Source of the DNA: Octopus sinensis
Taxonomy: Eukaryota
NCBI RefSeq assembly: GCF_006345805.1
Contig: NC_043008.1
Location: forward strand, 71,486,001 to 71,550,000
Reading direction: 5' to 3'
Length of the DNA stretch: 64,000 nt
Part shown: in pieces, positions 12,913 to 25,929 of the stretch
Layout of the letters: each line of letters starts with the position of its first letter
Position numbering within the stretch: the stretch's first letter is position 1
The notes under the pieces: generated by a model
Seen by the model: only the letters and a program-made list of their open reading frames with translations
What the model was told of the DNA's origin: nothing
The model's database searches: none
Translations under genes and position numbers: made by a program

Positions 12913-14110
12913 GGAAGGAAGTAGTTGGAATCTTCCCATGTCCTGCTTGATGATACATCTAGTGATGGCATCACAATAAAAACAATGGAAATTGCGCAAC
13001 CTGGTAATCGCTACCTCATATGAGTGACAATGAAAAAACAAAATAGCGTGAATAATGGTAGTAATGAGATTGAAGCTTTTAATGGTGATAGGGTTGCATC
13101 CGACAGAATCAGAATTACAAGGGACCAGCACACACGGCGTAGATGGAACAAACAAGTCAATGCTGTGGTCATGGAGTGTTACTACCTCAGCAATCCTGTA
13201 GTCGAAAACGGTGTTCGTATTTGGAGATATCGACAACGTGTGTATGATCAATGGAGGGAAAGATGATTGCTTCAAATCACGGAAGAGAGATTATGTGATC
13301 AAGCTAGAGCAATAACAAAAAACATCGTCGGTTGACAGAAGTAAAGCTCGAAGCTATCGAAAGACGGATATTGGAAAACAGCTGCAGAGGAAACGATGAA
13401 AATAGAGTTCCTACGGTTAAAGTAATTTCAGAGCAGAAAACTGAGGTGAAATATTTAATAAACCTCAGGAAAGGAACACTGATAGCTTGTCCGATGAGAG
13501 ACATATAGATGGTTTGAAAGAAGACAATAAAACTAATGGTAACATGACAGATGGGCAAAAAGCAATCTACGACAGAATAATAGCAAGGCTACAGGTGAAC
13601 GATAGCGACATTATTTGCAACCTTAAAAATGTTGATCGGTTGAAATTGAAACAAGAAATTCAGAAATAAATCAGAACAAAAACAACTATTTTGATGAAGG
13701 CAGCAAGTATTGTTGTAGCAGAAATGTATAAGTGTTGATGTCAAGAAAAAGATATATAATGGGAGTGAGGAAAGAAAACATCCAGGTGGAAAAGAGGAAT
13801 ACAGACGGGGTTAGACATGCTCTCGAAAGACATTTCTGTGTCAGACCGAAAGGAGAAAGGAGGGCTTAAAGGCGAACAAAAATACAGGGCACTGAAGAGG
13901 AAGTATGATATTGAATGAAAGGACCTGAAAGTGTTAATGGAGGAACTGAAATATCGCTTCGTTGTAAAGAAAGCAAAGATGGTAAAATACGACCAAAGTA
14001 TAAAGGGATAACAGCAGAATAGGTTATTCAAAGTAGATCAGAAGTGATTTTACAAAGAAATAGAGAGTGAACAGTCGAAAAGTAAACAAGTGTCAGCTTA
14101 GTCTGCTGTG
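12913..14110 (+). mobile_element. R4/Dong-like retrotransposon 5' part (degenerate)
   Basis: RRRWNKQVNAVVMECYYLSNP..RYRQRVYDQW..TEERLCDQARAI, QQNRLFK; flanked by (AAT)n on both sides. Confidence 0.75.
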
Positions 14111-14142
14111 AGTTTTCATCTAATGAAATAATAATAATAATA

Positions 14143-14192
<50 letters not shown>

Positions 14193-14259
14193 GTAATAAT
14201 AATAATAATCCTTTCTACTATAGGCACAAGGCCTGAAATTTGGGGAAAGCGGGACGGGT

Positions 14260-15700
14260 GTGTCGCTCTGCGAACTCATCGGACAAACCCGTCTGACATA
14301 TGGAAATTATCCATAACAGTCCCCGACAGGAAAGTACTCCAGAATAGACTTATTTGTTCGTCTTCGCCAACGCCAGAGTATCTCTCCGATCCTGTTGCCT
14401 GGCTTCTTGTGGACAGTGAGCGCCTGACGACATTCTAAGTGCCAGGCATTTAGTCTCGGCCTATCCTTTACTCAGGACTGCAGCTCCGTCAAGGAGACGA
14501 GCTGCGGAAAGGCATGCCTCACAAACGGAGGCCCCTAACGTTCACCTTCTAGAAGTCGCTGCAGGTGGCTTAACCTGAGTACGTGTTTGCGCATTGAACT
14601 CCATGGCATGCCTAAGCCGCCTCGCAAATGTTGGAAGCAGACCGACCATCTGATCATTGAAACGCTTCTCTTCCTCAAGAAAATAAACAGAATACACTCC
14701 AATCTAATCTTGGCTGTCTACCCTCCACGAACATTGACAAGTGAGTGCCATCCGGAAGATCGATTAGATCGGGAAGCTGGTCGATATGGCCTGCTTGCAA
14801 TGCAAGGTCAGTTCCATACCTATAACTAACCAGTTTTGCTTAGGTTTCTTGACCTCCAATATTGTGAGTTCGTCTTCTTCTAAACCTGCCAAGATGGCCG
14901 CCACTAACCAAGTAATGGAAATTTCTAGCGGCACATTCAGCACCCTAATCTTTGCAAAATGTTGGCTGCGATAATTGGGGATTAAGAAAAAGTCGTCATT
15001 CTTCAAAGAGGTCGCAGAATTACATCTAGCTTCTTCCTCCATCTAAAATCTCACATCAGTAGTACCAAATTTCTTTCCTCGGGTGATGGAAATCATATGG
15101 ACTGTATTCTCAGCAGAAAAGTAGTTTTCTTTTCAATTTCGAAGAGAATCGTAGCCATAAAGAAGCAGATGCTGATTTCTTGTTGTATATTTAGTATTAT
15201 TACTATGAATGCCCTTCGAACAAGATGAATAGGGAGGATAGTGCGTTTGTCATACGCTATTGTGACTGTTGAGTCATATTTGACCACGTCTCTGAGACGA
15301 ACCGCACTTCGACACTACTATGTTTCCCCAACCTGGCTATATAGTATTTGCTCTTCTAAATTGATCTTAAACATTTTTTTATCTGCAGGTGTGTTGCCTA
15401 CTCTACTCTTGAAATTTTTCTCCAATTGTATTATGTAGAAGTGTCCGCAAATTGATTTCTTGCTGGCCTGATCTAGGAACATTCAGTTTCACATTTCTTC
15501 AACATACATTTTGCACTTTTGAATTCATTTTCAGAGTTATAAGAGTGTCTTCAATTAGTTTCCATGACGCGTCGGTGAAATCTCTAACAGCGGCTTTGAA
15601 GCATTCATTTCCTTTTTTCTTGCTTTTCTCCTTAATGATGTTCGTGTTGGTTGCATCCGCTGGTGTTATTTTTTGCTGTCAGCAATTTCATTTGTTGTTC
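14260..15700 (-). mobile_element. Tx1/L1-like LINE relic (post-RT region joined to a putative ORF1 remnant)
   Basis: 14420-14650 is similar to 59860-60100 (GGLGMPW..MR..LRL.HL); the ORF1 assignment of 14760-15700 is inference. Confidence 0.6.
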
Positions 15701-15737
15701 CTGCGATGATAGAATGGGTTACTACTATTATTATGCG

Positions 15738-15920
15738 GGTCAGGAGCTGGGACTATCATTAGCACATCGGGCAAATTGTTGCCTGACATTTCGCGAGTCT
15801 TTGTGTTCTGACTTCAAATTCCGCTGAGGTCGATTTTGCCATTTATCCTTTAGGGGATCGATGAAATCGACTAGTCTTCTCCTTTAAAATTTCTGGCCTC
15901 GTGCCTATAGTAGAAAGGAT
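15738..15920 (+). mobile_element. SINE family A, degenerate
   Basis: TTCAAATTCCGCTGAGGTCGATTTTGCC..GTGCCTATAGTAGAAAGGAT. Confidence 0.8.
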
Positions 15921-16263
15921 TTTTATTATTATGCTTTGCATATACTTATCTTCTGCAAAGAATCTATAAATGGTATCGTACAATACAGTTTTTTATTAAT
16001 ATACCAGAATTTTACCTGTTATATGACAAGTAATTTTAAAACTATGCGAAATCTACTATGGATATTCTCAGGAAAGACGACAGACGTACAAAAATTATCA
16101 TTCAGCTTCCATCAAATTTCTTGATATTTATTCAAAAGGATGAAGTGAAGAATAATATTAAAAAGAAAAATAATAATAACCATAAAATTAAAGTTTAAAA
16201 TAAAAAATATTCTCAGTTGTATATTTGTAGCAAATATAAAATATAGATATTTGCAACGAATAT

Positions 16264-16395
<132 letters not shown>

Positions 16396-16397
16396 TA

Positions 16398-16932
16398 CAG
16401 TGTGCGGTGAATAAACTCATCTAAATTACGCAAAAAGGAAAATAAGAGTGACAACTCATTTTAACAGATATGTTTACCAAAATTACATAAAGGTGGGTCG
16501 AAATACAAAGGAGAAAACTTCTTCAATAGAATGACCATTGACTACAACCACGGCCTCCGGACGACTTCGTGATCTCCTGCAACTCTTCTGGATAGTCTCC
16601 TTGTTTCAGTTGGTGAATGCTGCCATAATCCTTGCCTTCAGTTAATCTTTAGTGTTACAAGGAGGCTTGTAAGTCTCTCGCTCAACTGCACCTTAGTTTG
16701 ACACCCAAATACTCTGAAATGTTCGTACTGGAGCTTCCGACACGAATGCCAAGCAATACAGTATGTCGTTTCCAAATTTGTGGCAGAGTGAATTGCGTAA
16801 TGGTGCTGTTTTTCTCACAGACGTTGCCCATCTGACTCTACTATACTGTGTAGTCGACAAAATCAAAAGCAAGCAATGCGCATGCGTGAAATTAGAAATA
16901 TAAAATTACGACAATTTACAGATTACGACCTG
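16398..16932 (-). mobile_element. Internally deleted Tc1/mariner (maT-like) element
   Basis: TA-CAG...CTG-TA ends; N-terminal WKRHTVLLGIRVG fused to C-terminal GAVERET..LKARIMAAF..CRRSRSRPEAVV. Confidence 0.7.
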
Positions 16933-18044
16933 TATATATGTATATGTTTGTGTGTCTGTGTTTATACCCCCGACATCGCGTTACAACCGATGTAGGTGTG
17001 TTTACGACGTAAAACTATGACTGGAGTAATCAACCAACCAAAATTTATATTGGGTGTTATTAAATACAAATGCTATAAATCAGGTTTTGTTAATGTTACT
17101 ATTAAATTTATATCCGCTGAAGAGAGAATAATATTTTAAAATGAAGTCACTTATTTTAATTAAGCATTATGTCAACCATTGCCTGTAAAATGCCGTTCTT
17201 GGTTACAGATCTCTGCTTGGGCACTTGTGCGCTCGCGATGTTTACGAGAACGGGGTGAAAAGAGGGCATAGGTGAAACGTGGATGGAATAAACATCCCAT
17301 AGTAGCTTTGTTCGACAAATACTTCACATACTATTTTAACTATCGTCTTCTTTGTATTTGGCAATTCTTCAACACGCTCTTGCTAAAAATGAGCAAAATT
17401 TCATATTCCATGTATATCTGATTATACATGTACTAATAAGCCCGGATGTCGCCAAATGTTACAGGTGCAGTATCCAACTTTATTTGCTGATAGAGAAATA
17501 CTAACCGACTTCGACAATTTCTAAATTATACGTTTTCTTAATTTACATATATCTGTGTTGTATATTCGCATTTTTGTATTCACATATCAAAATCTTTTAT
17601 CAGTTTTTGATGATGTAATTGTTATTGTTTCCGAAGCTGTCGCTGTGACTGTGAGCAATAAGCAGTTTATCATAATACATTAAATATTTTTACGTTAATA
17701 TTTAAATACATGAACAAAGCTAAAAATAAAAAAAGAGTACAGGTGCATTAATCTTATGTGCAGCAAACAATTTTAATGAGGTTTTAATTCAAATTTTAAT
17801 GCAGTTTATCAATAACATGGTTGTAAATTTTAATTGATCGAGTATGCATCGATGTGCGCGCTGCAGATACAGTGACTACTCGATATGAATGCAGCGAAGT
17901 AACGGCAGCACACTCATGCAACGAAAGTTTAACTGAAACTACCAAGACTAACTGCTTTAGATACCAACAATATCTCTTCTGGACACAAATAATCATGAAG
18001 GTCAGCTCACCATTTTAATACACCAATAATTTTAGCTTATATTA

Positions 18045-18235
18045 TTTGGCACAAGGCCAGCAGTTTCGGTGCAGCGGGAATCCATTTCATCAGCCCCAGA
18101 GTTCAACTGGTAATTATTTTATCGATTGCAAAAAGATGAAAGGCGAATGTTGAAAGGGTGAAATGGAAAGTCTACCTCAGGAAATGCCTCTAAGCACTTC
18201 ATCCGTTGTTCTAATGATTCAGCCAGCTTACCGCC
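18045..18235 (-). mobile_element. SINE family A, degenerate
   Basis: GGCACAAGGCCAGCAGTTT..CAACTGGTAATTATTTTATCGA..GATGAAAGGC. Confidence 0.7.
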
Positions 18236-19595
18236 TGTTTTTTTTTTCTTTTTTTGTAATATTAATTATTGCAATAGTCAACGAAGTTTCTCATCTTTAA
18301 TTCCTTTCATAACAGTTCAACAGGAGCGAAGTGACATCGAACCCAAGTAAGACCTATACCACCAGTTGGCTAATTTTTTGCCGGAAGCGCTGATTAAACG
18401 GAAAACACTAAAAGACTTAACCACACACACACGCGCGCGCACACACAAAAACACATGTATGCACACAAACACACACATGCAAACAGTTACACACACACTC
18501 ACATATACGCACATGCACTAGATTTATCTTTATGTGTTTCTTAGAGAGAACAACGCAATTACAAACTGTAAATTTAGTTTTACAAGTTTATGATTTCTCC
18601 AAAGCTAGAGCTCAAAGAACAGTCACCAATAAATTTATTTTATATATACTTCAATATGTACTAAATATATTTAGTTCGGTTCTATTGCAAGTTAGTCGTT
18701 CACTACGTTATATTTTGGTAATACAATCTTATAAAGTTAATAACGCTTTACCAAATTCTTACGATTCATATTTCATATCTCTAGATAACTTTATTTCGTT
18801 GCATATTATATCTTTTTCGATTACGTAACCAAACATTTGATGTACATATTTGTTTTAGTCAAATATGTATTCTCGTATATGATAATGTTCAAATGACATT
18901 TAGAAAGTTACAATGTATATTTACTATATTAGTAAAAATCGATAGTTCAAACTATCGATATTGTTTGTAATCTGTACAGATGTTTAGATGTTGATAATAA
19001 TACAAATTCAGACGTTTTTTAAAGAATTCGAAATTGAATTGAGTACAATTATTCAATACAAGCGATTTTAGTACCATAGGATACAGCAAATATGCCATAA
19101 AACAGAATTAAGAGAATTAATACATATAAAGGAAGAATAATATGATAAATTTAATTTCACATATAACACTCCAATAATATACAAATATAACACCACAATT
19201 ATAATAATAACCTAATAACATCTGCAAATTTAAAACATAACGCAACTGAGCACGCGTATAATTTCACTGTAGAACGAAGATTGAGATTATGAGAGAAGAA
19301 AATAGAAGTGAAAATTTTTACGAGAGTACATTCATAAAAATATATCTGCAGGTTTATATTGTTTAAAATTCTTAATTAAGAATTTATAGCAAAATATATA
19401 ATGCAATGATTTCGCAAATTAACGTAATTGTTCGTAAATTGTGAAAATAATGTGAATGTAAAAATATTGTTACAGTAACTGAAAACTATTGCCAAGTCGA
19501 AAGGAAAGGGAAACGTTTTACACAAAATTTTGCACACACACACGCATATATATATGCGTATAAATATATGTATGTATACACACACACACACACAC

Positions 19596-19631
<36 letters not shown>

Positions 19632-19699
19632 TAGCTACACCCCCGTTACACGAGAAAAGCCATTGCCAAGAAGACTTACTGAAATGATTCATTATTGTG

Positions 19700-21150
19700 A
19701 TGCCCTTATATGAGGTTTAAGCTAAGCGCAGCCAAGCTTTTACACAATTTATTACATACAGGACAACTGTGTTGGCTGGCAGGAGAAACAGGTGCCATCA
19801 TATGCACTCCCTTAACATGTATTTTTAGACCTCCCACTGAGAGGCAAATCCTCCCACATTTTACACTTGTTTTGTAGAGAAGTTTAATAGCCACATCACT
19901 GTTTATCATGGGTCGATTTCTCCTGAGACTTTTGATGGCTCACCAAGCTTGCACGTCTCAAATACCCCCTCTCACAAACCACACACATAAAAAGCAACAC
20001 TCCCTTACTTTCCAGAGTCCTCCTTCTAAGACCCCTCCTAATTTTCTCATACTTCACTCTCTCCCTCTCAGACCTTCAACAACCATCATGCATTATCTTC
20101 CTCCATCCATCATGGTCTTGTGCCTCCCTCTCCCAATTACCAGCTGCAATTCCTGTCTGTATTAGAGCAATTTAAAGCAATCCTTACACCTTATGCGTTG
20201 GTGTCCTGCTATCTTCCAGCTCACCATACAATAGCTGCTTGGGCAGTCGCTCATCACTCATCCTTAACAAATGTCCCCCCACCTCAAATATCTTTGCAAA
20301 ATCATTGACTCTATACTTATACTGCCAATCCTCTCATGCACCCCCACATTACTAATGGCCATTTTCCAGTTCATCCCCCAAATTTCTCTCAGACAGTATT
20401 GATAATATCGTTGCAATTGCCTTACCTGCCTATGGTAGACAACCTATGCCTCACTTCAATATAGCAAAGATGGGAGGACGCATGTGTTATATAAACTTTA
20501 ATTTGTAAAGATACATTATGTTGTTTTCACAGACGCCTATCAAGCCTACCATAAGCACTATCCCTGCTTTTCCTGTATGACATTTCATTATCAAAACCAG
20601 CAGTACCCAAGGTACTTCCCAAATAAATAAATATAAGTACAGTCTCCAACCTTTGACCATTTACACTTATAAAAGGTTCCACATACATCTCGGAGGGAGC
20701 GGACATTATAACAGTTTTTATTAGATTGATCGTTAGTCCCAATGCTGCACATGCTACACAAATCGCATTCACCATGTGCTGCATATTACCTTGCTTTTCA
20801 CCATTTTGTACAGAAAATGGATCTGATAAGGTACCTCACTTCCATCTGGTCATGAAATTGTCTAAGCATTCTCACAAATTTTTCAGGGCAGGCTAGCTTT
20901 TTTAGTATCTCCCAAGTGCAATTCTATTGATAGAATCAAACGCTATAGTTAGGGCAATGAAAATCTGGTATAAGTCCATATCCTGTTCGATGCACTTCTC
21001 TTGCAACTGTCTAGCTGAAAATATCATATCCATAAACCCACATTCTAATTCTGTTAGAACCTCATCAGCAATGTGCAGAGGCAATCTATCCAACATTACC
21101 CTACAGAGGATCTTTCCAGCAACAGCTAACAAACAGATGCTGCAATAATT
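19700..21150 (-). mobile_element. RTE (BovB-like) LINE relic, RT to C-terminus
   Basis: LLAVAGKILCRVMLDRL..ECGF..DMIFSARQLQEKCIEQ..AFDSINR; GLTINLIKTVIM..FIYLGSTL; LLYGEL..WE..WR; terminal C2H2-like CPVCNKLCKS. Confidence 0.9.
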
Positions 21151-21162
21151 ATATATATATAG

Positions 21163-22125
21163 GCATTTTTTTCCAAATACGCCAGCTAAGCTAAGTTGAA
21201 CTGTCTAAAATCGTAAGACACCTGCTGTTTTTGTCCTGTTATTACTATTATTGTTTTTTGTATTTATATTCGTGTGGCATTGTCCGTTTTTCTGTCTTTG
21301 TTTCGTATACATTCGATCCTTTTTCCAAGAAATCTAATGCTCGTAGCTTAGTTTTTCCTTGGGGCTGGCCGGATCGGAGCGATCTCAAGATTAATCAGCC
21401 GAAATTGCGAGGATGATCCGGTTCTTGACTGAAGATTAGAGGCTTCGAATGACGCGTCCGTTGTTTGTGTCGTCTATTTAATATTTTTATATATATTTTT
21501 TATACATATATTATTGCGGCGTAACGTAATCTTGTTCTCTTATGTATGTAAGCATTCCACTACTGTACGACTTCTACACACACTTTTTCAATACTTCACT
21601 AGCCTCTGTCTTTCTCTTTTCTTGCCTCTGATTCTTTGGTCTCCTCTTTCCCCACTCTCTCACATTTCTCTGTCTTTCTCACTTTGCACCTCACTGATTC
21701 TGTCGCCAAGCCAATCCTTGGCACGCTCTCTTTCTTCTCCCCTCTTTAATTCCTTCTTTCTCTCTCTTCCCCCCTCCTTTTGTGCCTTTGTCCCTATTTT
21801 TCTCTCTCTCTTTGATTCCTTTGCCCCCTTTTTTCTTTCTCTTCTCCTCTCACGTGACCGCCGGTCAACTAGCCTTTCGGCTTCTGACCACCGCCACGAC
21901 AACATCGTTTTCTTCGTCTGCCGCAAATGCATTTTTTTCCAACTACGCCAGCTAAGCCAAGTTGAACCGTCTAAAGTCGTAAGACGCCCGCTGTTTTTGT
22001 CCTTTTATTACTATTATTTTTTCCAAGAAATCTAATGCTTGACTGAAGATTAGAGGCTTCGAATGACCCGTCCGTTTTTTGTGTCGTCTCTTTGAGTGTT
22101 TTGCGTCCTTGTCCCATTTTGTAGT
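21163..22125 (+). mobile_element. (TA)n-flanked partial tandem element (~766 bp period) with decayed HHR-like motifs, PLE pseudo-LTR-like
   Basis: 21163-21470 repeats with deletions at 21929-22090; GGCTG..CAGCCGAAA and GACTGAAGA..TTCGAA motifs; related copy at 27655-27950. Confidence 0.65.
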
Positions 22126-22286
22126 TATATATATATATTTTTTTTACATATATATATATATATCACAATCAAGGACGGCCATAATAGGCCATTCACCCAC
22201 TAGAAATAACAGCCAAAAGCTTCAACCGCAAAATAAACTTAATTCTGTAAACCAGGAGAAAATAAAAGAAAACATTTACCCTGAAA

Positions 22287-22389
22287 TTCCTTATACGATG
22301 CACCGTTTCGTCTACTGTTTAATGGCAAACTAACCTGATTAAATTAAATCAAGCCAATCTACCATAGCCCTTAGATTCATCAGTAGGAA
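22287..22389 (-). ncRNA. Type I hammerhead ribozyme (inverted copy)
   Basis: Reverse complement of 22974-23076 with small indels. Confidence 0.85.
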
Positions 22390-22973
22390 TAGCCAAATCG
22401 GAACAGATATTTTTCCGAGGCATTCACGTCCATGCCTCGCCATATCTGACCTAAATTTTCAAATCGTCGCACTCGCGCCAAATTTTCGGCAGCAAATAAA
22501 TATAAGCCGCCGATTCCATTACGGAACTAACCAGAAAATTCATAATTAATCAATATAGGGAGGCAAAAAAATTTTGTAGAATTCTTTTGCCCCCAAGCGG
22601 CAAAAAGCTTCAACCGCAAAATAACAAATATATTGTTATTTTGCGGTTGAAGCTTTTTGGCTGTTATTTCTAGTGGGTGAATGGCCTATTATGGCCGTTC
22701 CTTGATTGTGATATTGAACTTAAAAATGGTTTATGACTATTTAATTTTTTCCCACTAGGCGCTGGGGCAAAGAATTCTACAAAATTTTTTTTGCCTCCCT
22801 ATATTGATTAATTATGAATTTTCTTTTCTGGTTAGTTCCGTAATGGAATCGGCGGCTTATATTTTTTGCTGCCGATAATTTGGCGCGAGTGCGACGATTT
22901 GAAAATTTTAGGTCAGATATTGGCGAGGCATGGACGTGAATGCCTCGTGAAAATATCTGTTCCGATTTGGCTA

Positions 22974-23076
22974 TTCCTTACTGATGAATCTAGGGCCTAT
23001 GGTAGATTGGCTTGATTTAATTAATCAGGTTAGTTTGCCATTAAACAGTAGACGAAACGGTGCATCGTATAAGGAA
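22974..23076 (+). ncRNA. Type I hammerhead ribozyme with extended helix II
   Basis: TTCCTTA-CTGATGA-A-TCTA...TAGA-C-GAAA-CGGTGCATCG-TA-TAAGGAA; GUA triplet, predicted cleavage after 23069. Confidence 0.9.
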
Positions 23077-23365
23077 TTTCAGGGTAAATGTTTTTTTAAT
23101 TTTTCTCCTGTTTTACAGAATAATGTTATTTTGCGGTTGAAGCTTTTTGGCTGTTATTTCTAGGGGTGAATGGCCTATTATGGCCGTTCCTTGATTGTGA
23201 TATGAACTTAAAAATGGTTTATGACTATTTAATTTTTTCCCACTAGGCCGCTGGGGGCAAAAGAATTCTACAAAATTTTTTTGCCTCCCTATATTGATTA
23301 ATTATATATATATTATAATATATATATATATATATATATGTATATGTATATATGTGTATATGTAT

Positions 23366-23402
<37 letters not shown>

Positions 23403-23419
23403 ATATAAATACACACATA

Positions 23420-23600
23420 TATAACGTTGATTTTCGGCATGGTCATTATGCTTTTTTTTCTCAAATAAACACATGTACTATATATTTTTTCTTCACTCGT
23501 TTATTACTGTTCTTATTTTATTATTATAACTCATGTCCATTGTCCTGAAATCTTTCGTCAGTCATCTGTGACCTCTTCAGCGACACTTTTCGTTTTCCTG
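23420..23600 (-). mobile_element. Relative of the 4760-4957 element with a degenerate HHR at ~23541-23587
   Basis: TTTCGG.ATGGTCA..AAACAC..ACTATATATTT shared; CTGAAGA-G-GTCA..TGAC-GAAA on the minus strand. Confidence 0.6.
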
Positions 23601-24129
23601 TGTGGTCTTGCTCCACTTATTCCATTCTGTTATTCTAAGATGGGTATCCTTATGTGCACATGCATTTGTGTCCTGGTTTGTTGTCTGTGTGCGCGTGAGT
23701 ATGTATGTGTGTGTATGCTTGTGTATGTATCATAGTTTTTAGCAGCAGTGTGGCTTTCCCTCCAATCCCATCCTCTCACCTAGTTGTGCTGCTGCTGTAC
23801 CAAGACCCGTCAAAAATATAGTATATTTGCCACCGTGGAAGTTGTAGTTGTTGTTATTGTCATCGTTAGCACCGCCACTGCTGCTGACCGTGTTAGCTGT
23901 GTTGTTGACATAGTTATGGCCGTCCATGAAGTGTCATGTTGTGAGTTTGTGTGTGTATGTTTGTGTGGGTGTGGGTGTGTGATGCATTTGTGTGTTTGTA
24001 GCGGGGTGGTGGTCCGAAAATGTGTATAGATTTTAACAGTGGATAACTCAATTCAATATCCTTTCTATTTATATAAAAACTCATTAGAAATAGTGAAAGA
24101 AGCCGGAGTAAGCTTTGAATAAAGGAGAT

Positions 24130-25085
24130 TTGTCCTAAAATCCTAATGGAAGTCTGAAAGCGCAGTCGTAATCCAAAGGCAGTGTGACTTTCAAGCAAAT
24201 CAAACCTACTCGACTTATGCCCTTTGAATTAAAAGTTAAGTTTGAAGCAGAATAACTACAAGACACGTTTCGTTACACCGTATACATCGGAATGTCCGTT
24301 CATAAAAGCATGAAAGGGTCAATGATAGGATTCGAAAAATCTGTGCGGCAAGCAAGTCATGAGCCCGGGATATCAGAATCAAGTATCCATTGAATTTTAA
24401 AGCACTGGAACGGGAAATAGATCATGCTCTCAATGGAGATAATCCGGACCAAAGAGGAGAGTTTTGTAATAGGCAAGGTATGTATGCATTTTCCAAGAAA
24501 CAACGTTAAGAGTGATTAGATTACAGTTAAATAAAATATATGATTTAGCCACCAAAATCACACATACTGGGGACTAGAGATTCAGCCTATTTCAGATAAA
24601 CATCATGTTAATCTTCCAGGAGTTACAGTGCGGTGCAGTATATTCTCTAATGGATTAATTGAAAAATTGTTTCTTGACAATATTAGGAGTGGACTTCTTT
24701 ACATGTTGAAATACTATTTCAAGTGGAGTGTGAAGATACGAATTTTTATTTCCTGGAAAATTAGTTACAATTACACTGTTTATTATAATGTAAGCTTGAT
24801 TAAATTTTGTGAAACATGGCATCTGAACGAACTGTTTTTTTGCGGAATACCCCACATGTTTACCGCCCCATCCCAGTGCTATTGCAATATTTTTTAAGGG
24901 GGATACTTTAAAGTCGATGTTTACTGCACAAAACTCGTAACAATCGACGAATTGATAGCGGTCCTTGATCGAGAATGCGCACAAATACCACTCCAAATAT
25001 TTCTTGACGTTTGCGATTCCATTCCTTCGCGTTTTCCACATCACCTGTACCAGAACGGTCATGATTTTGAATACAGTCGTCCAAA
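24130..25085 (+). mobile_element. Degenerate mariner/Tc1-superfamily transposase relic
   Basis: KSVRQASHEPGISESSIH*IL (HTH), HHVNLPGVTVRCSIFSNGLI, GYFKV..TIDEL-like; many stops. Confidence 0.65.
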
Positions 25086-25642
25086 ACAAAATTAAATTCC
25101 GTCTTTGGTATCCATTAAATTTTGAAGACAAGATGTATTTCAGTGAACACTTACTTTAGAGTCATTCAATGTATCTATGCATGAATGTATATGCATGTGT
25201 GATGTGTATGTTGTATGTGCTGTGGTTGTGTCGTATGTGTGTCTGTGTGCTCGGCGTCTCTGTTTATTTTTGTGTGGTGTGTGTGTTTCTGTATGTGTGC
25301 GTGCATGTGTGTGCATGTGCATGTGTCTGTGCGTCTTTAATTACATATACATGCAGAATACGTGAAAGGTTAAATGTTTATGCAATGCTCGACTTAAGTA
25401 GGTCATGCAGTTGATCTTGATTAGAAAGCACCGTCGCTGTAGGCGGTGACACAGATACATTTAAACACCTAAGTAAGTATTGTGACCTTATTCTAGATTA
25501 GGTGTCTTTAGTACTTTAGAGTTAGAACTTCAAGGATCTTCTGTATTTTTATTACTGCATATTTTTCGCGCATTCTCTCTAGGGAGGAGAGTTTCAGTTC
25601 CTTCAGCTCTCTCTGTTGATCATCTGCTTTAGCGACTCTTAC

Positions 25643-25681
<39 letters not shown>

Positions 25682-25929
25682 TGTCTGTGTGTATAAGGAT
25701 AAGAATCAGAAAATGCAGAACGCTTTCAAAAGTATTTAATTTAACAAGTTTCAGTTATTTAAAAAAATGTTCAAAAGTAAAGTGTGAGGCTTTGTGTATT
25801 CTCTGTGGTGTCAAGAATTAGTTTATAAAAATGTATTCAAATCAAGTGATATATAGTCTTTGACAATAATAAGAAAATAAAAATCAGTTTATATAAATAT
25901 ATCCAAATCAAGTAATAGAGCTTTTGACA

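Larger units (their letters stand above)
22161..23304. mobile_element. Retrozyme-like element, 490 nt monomer: inverted permuted copy + ~1.4 tandem copies
   Basis: Repeat start 22634 recurs at 23124; 22161-22600 is a reverse-complement copy; (TA)n on both sides; one HHR per monomer. Confidence 0.9.

Noticed and set aside
22161-23304. Long inverted repeats as pure sequencing fold-back artefacts
   Set aside because: The arms are circularly permuted, coincide with element boundaries and recur across many families, so a biological origin is more likely. A read-level check is still advisable.
24655-25131. 158 aa minus-strand ORF
   Set aside because: Antisense to a decayed mariner-like transposase; no recognisable domain.
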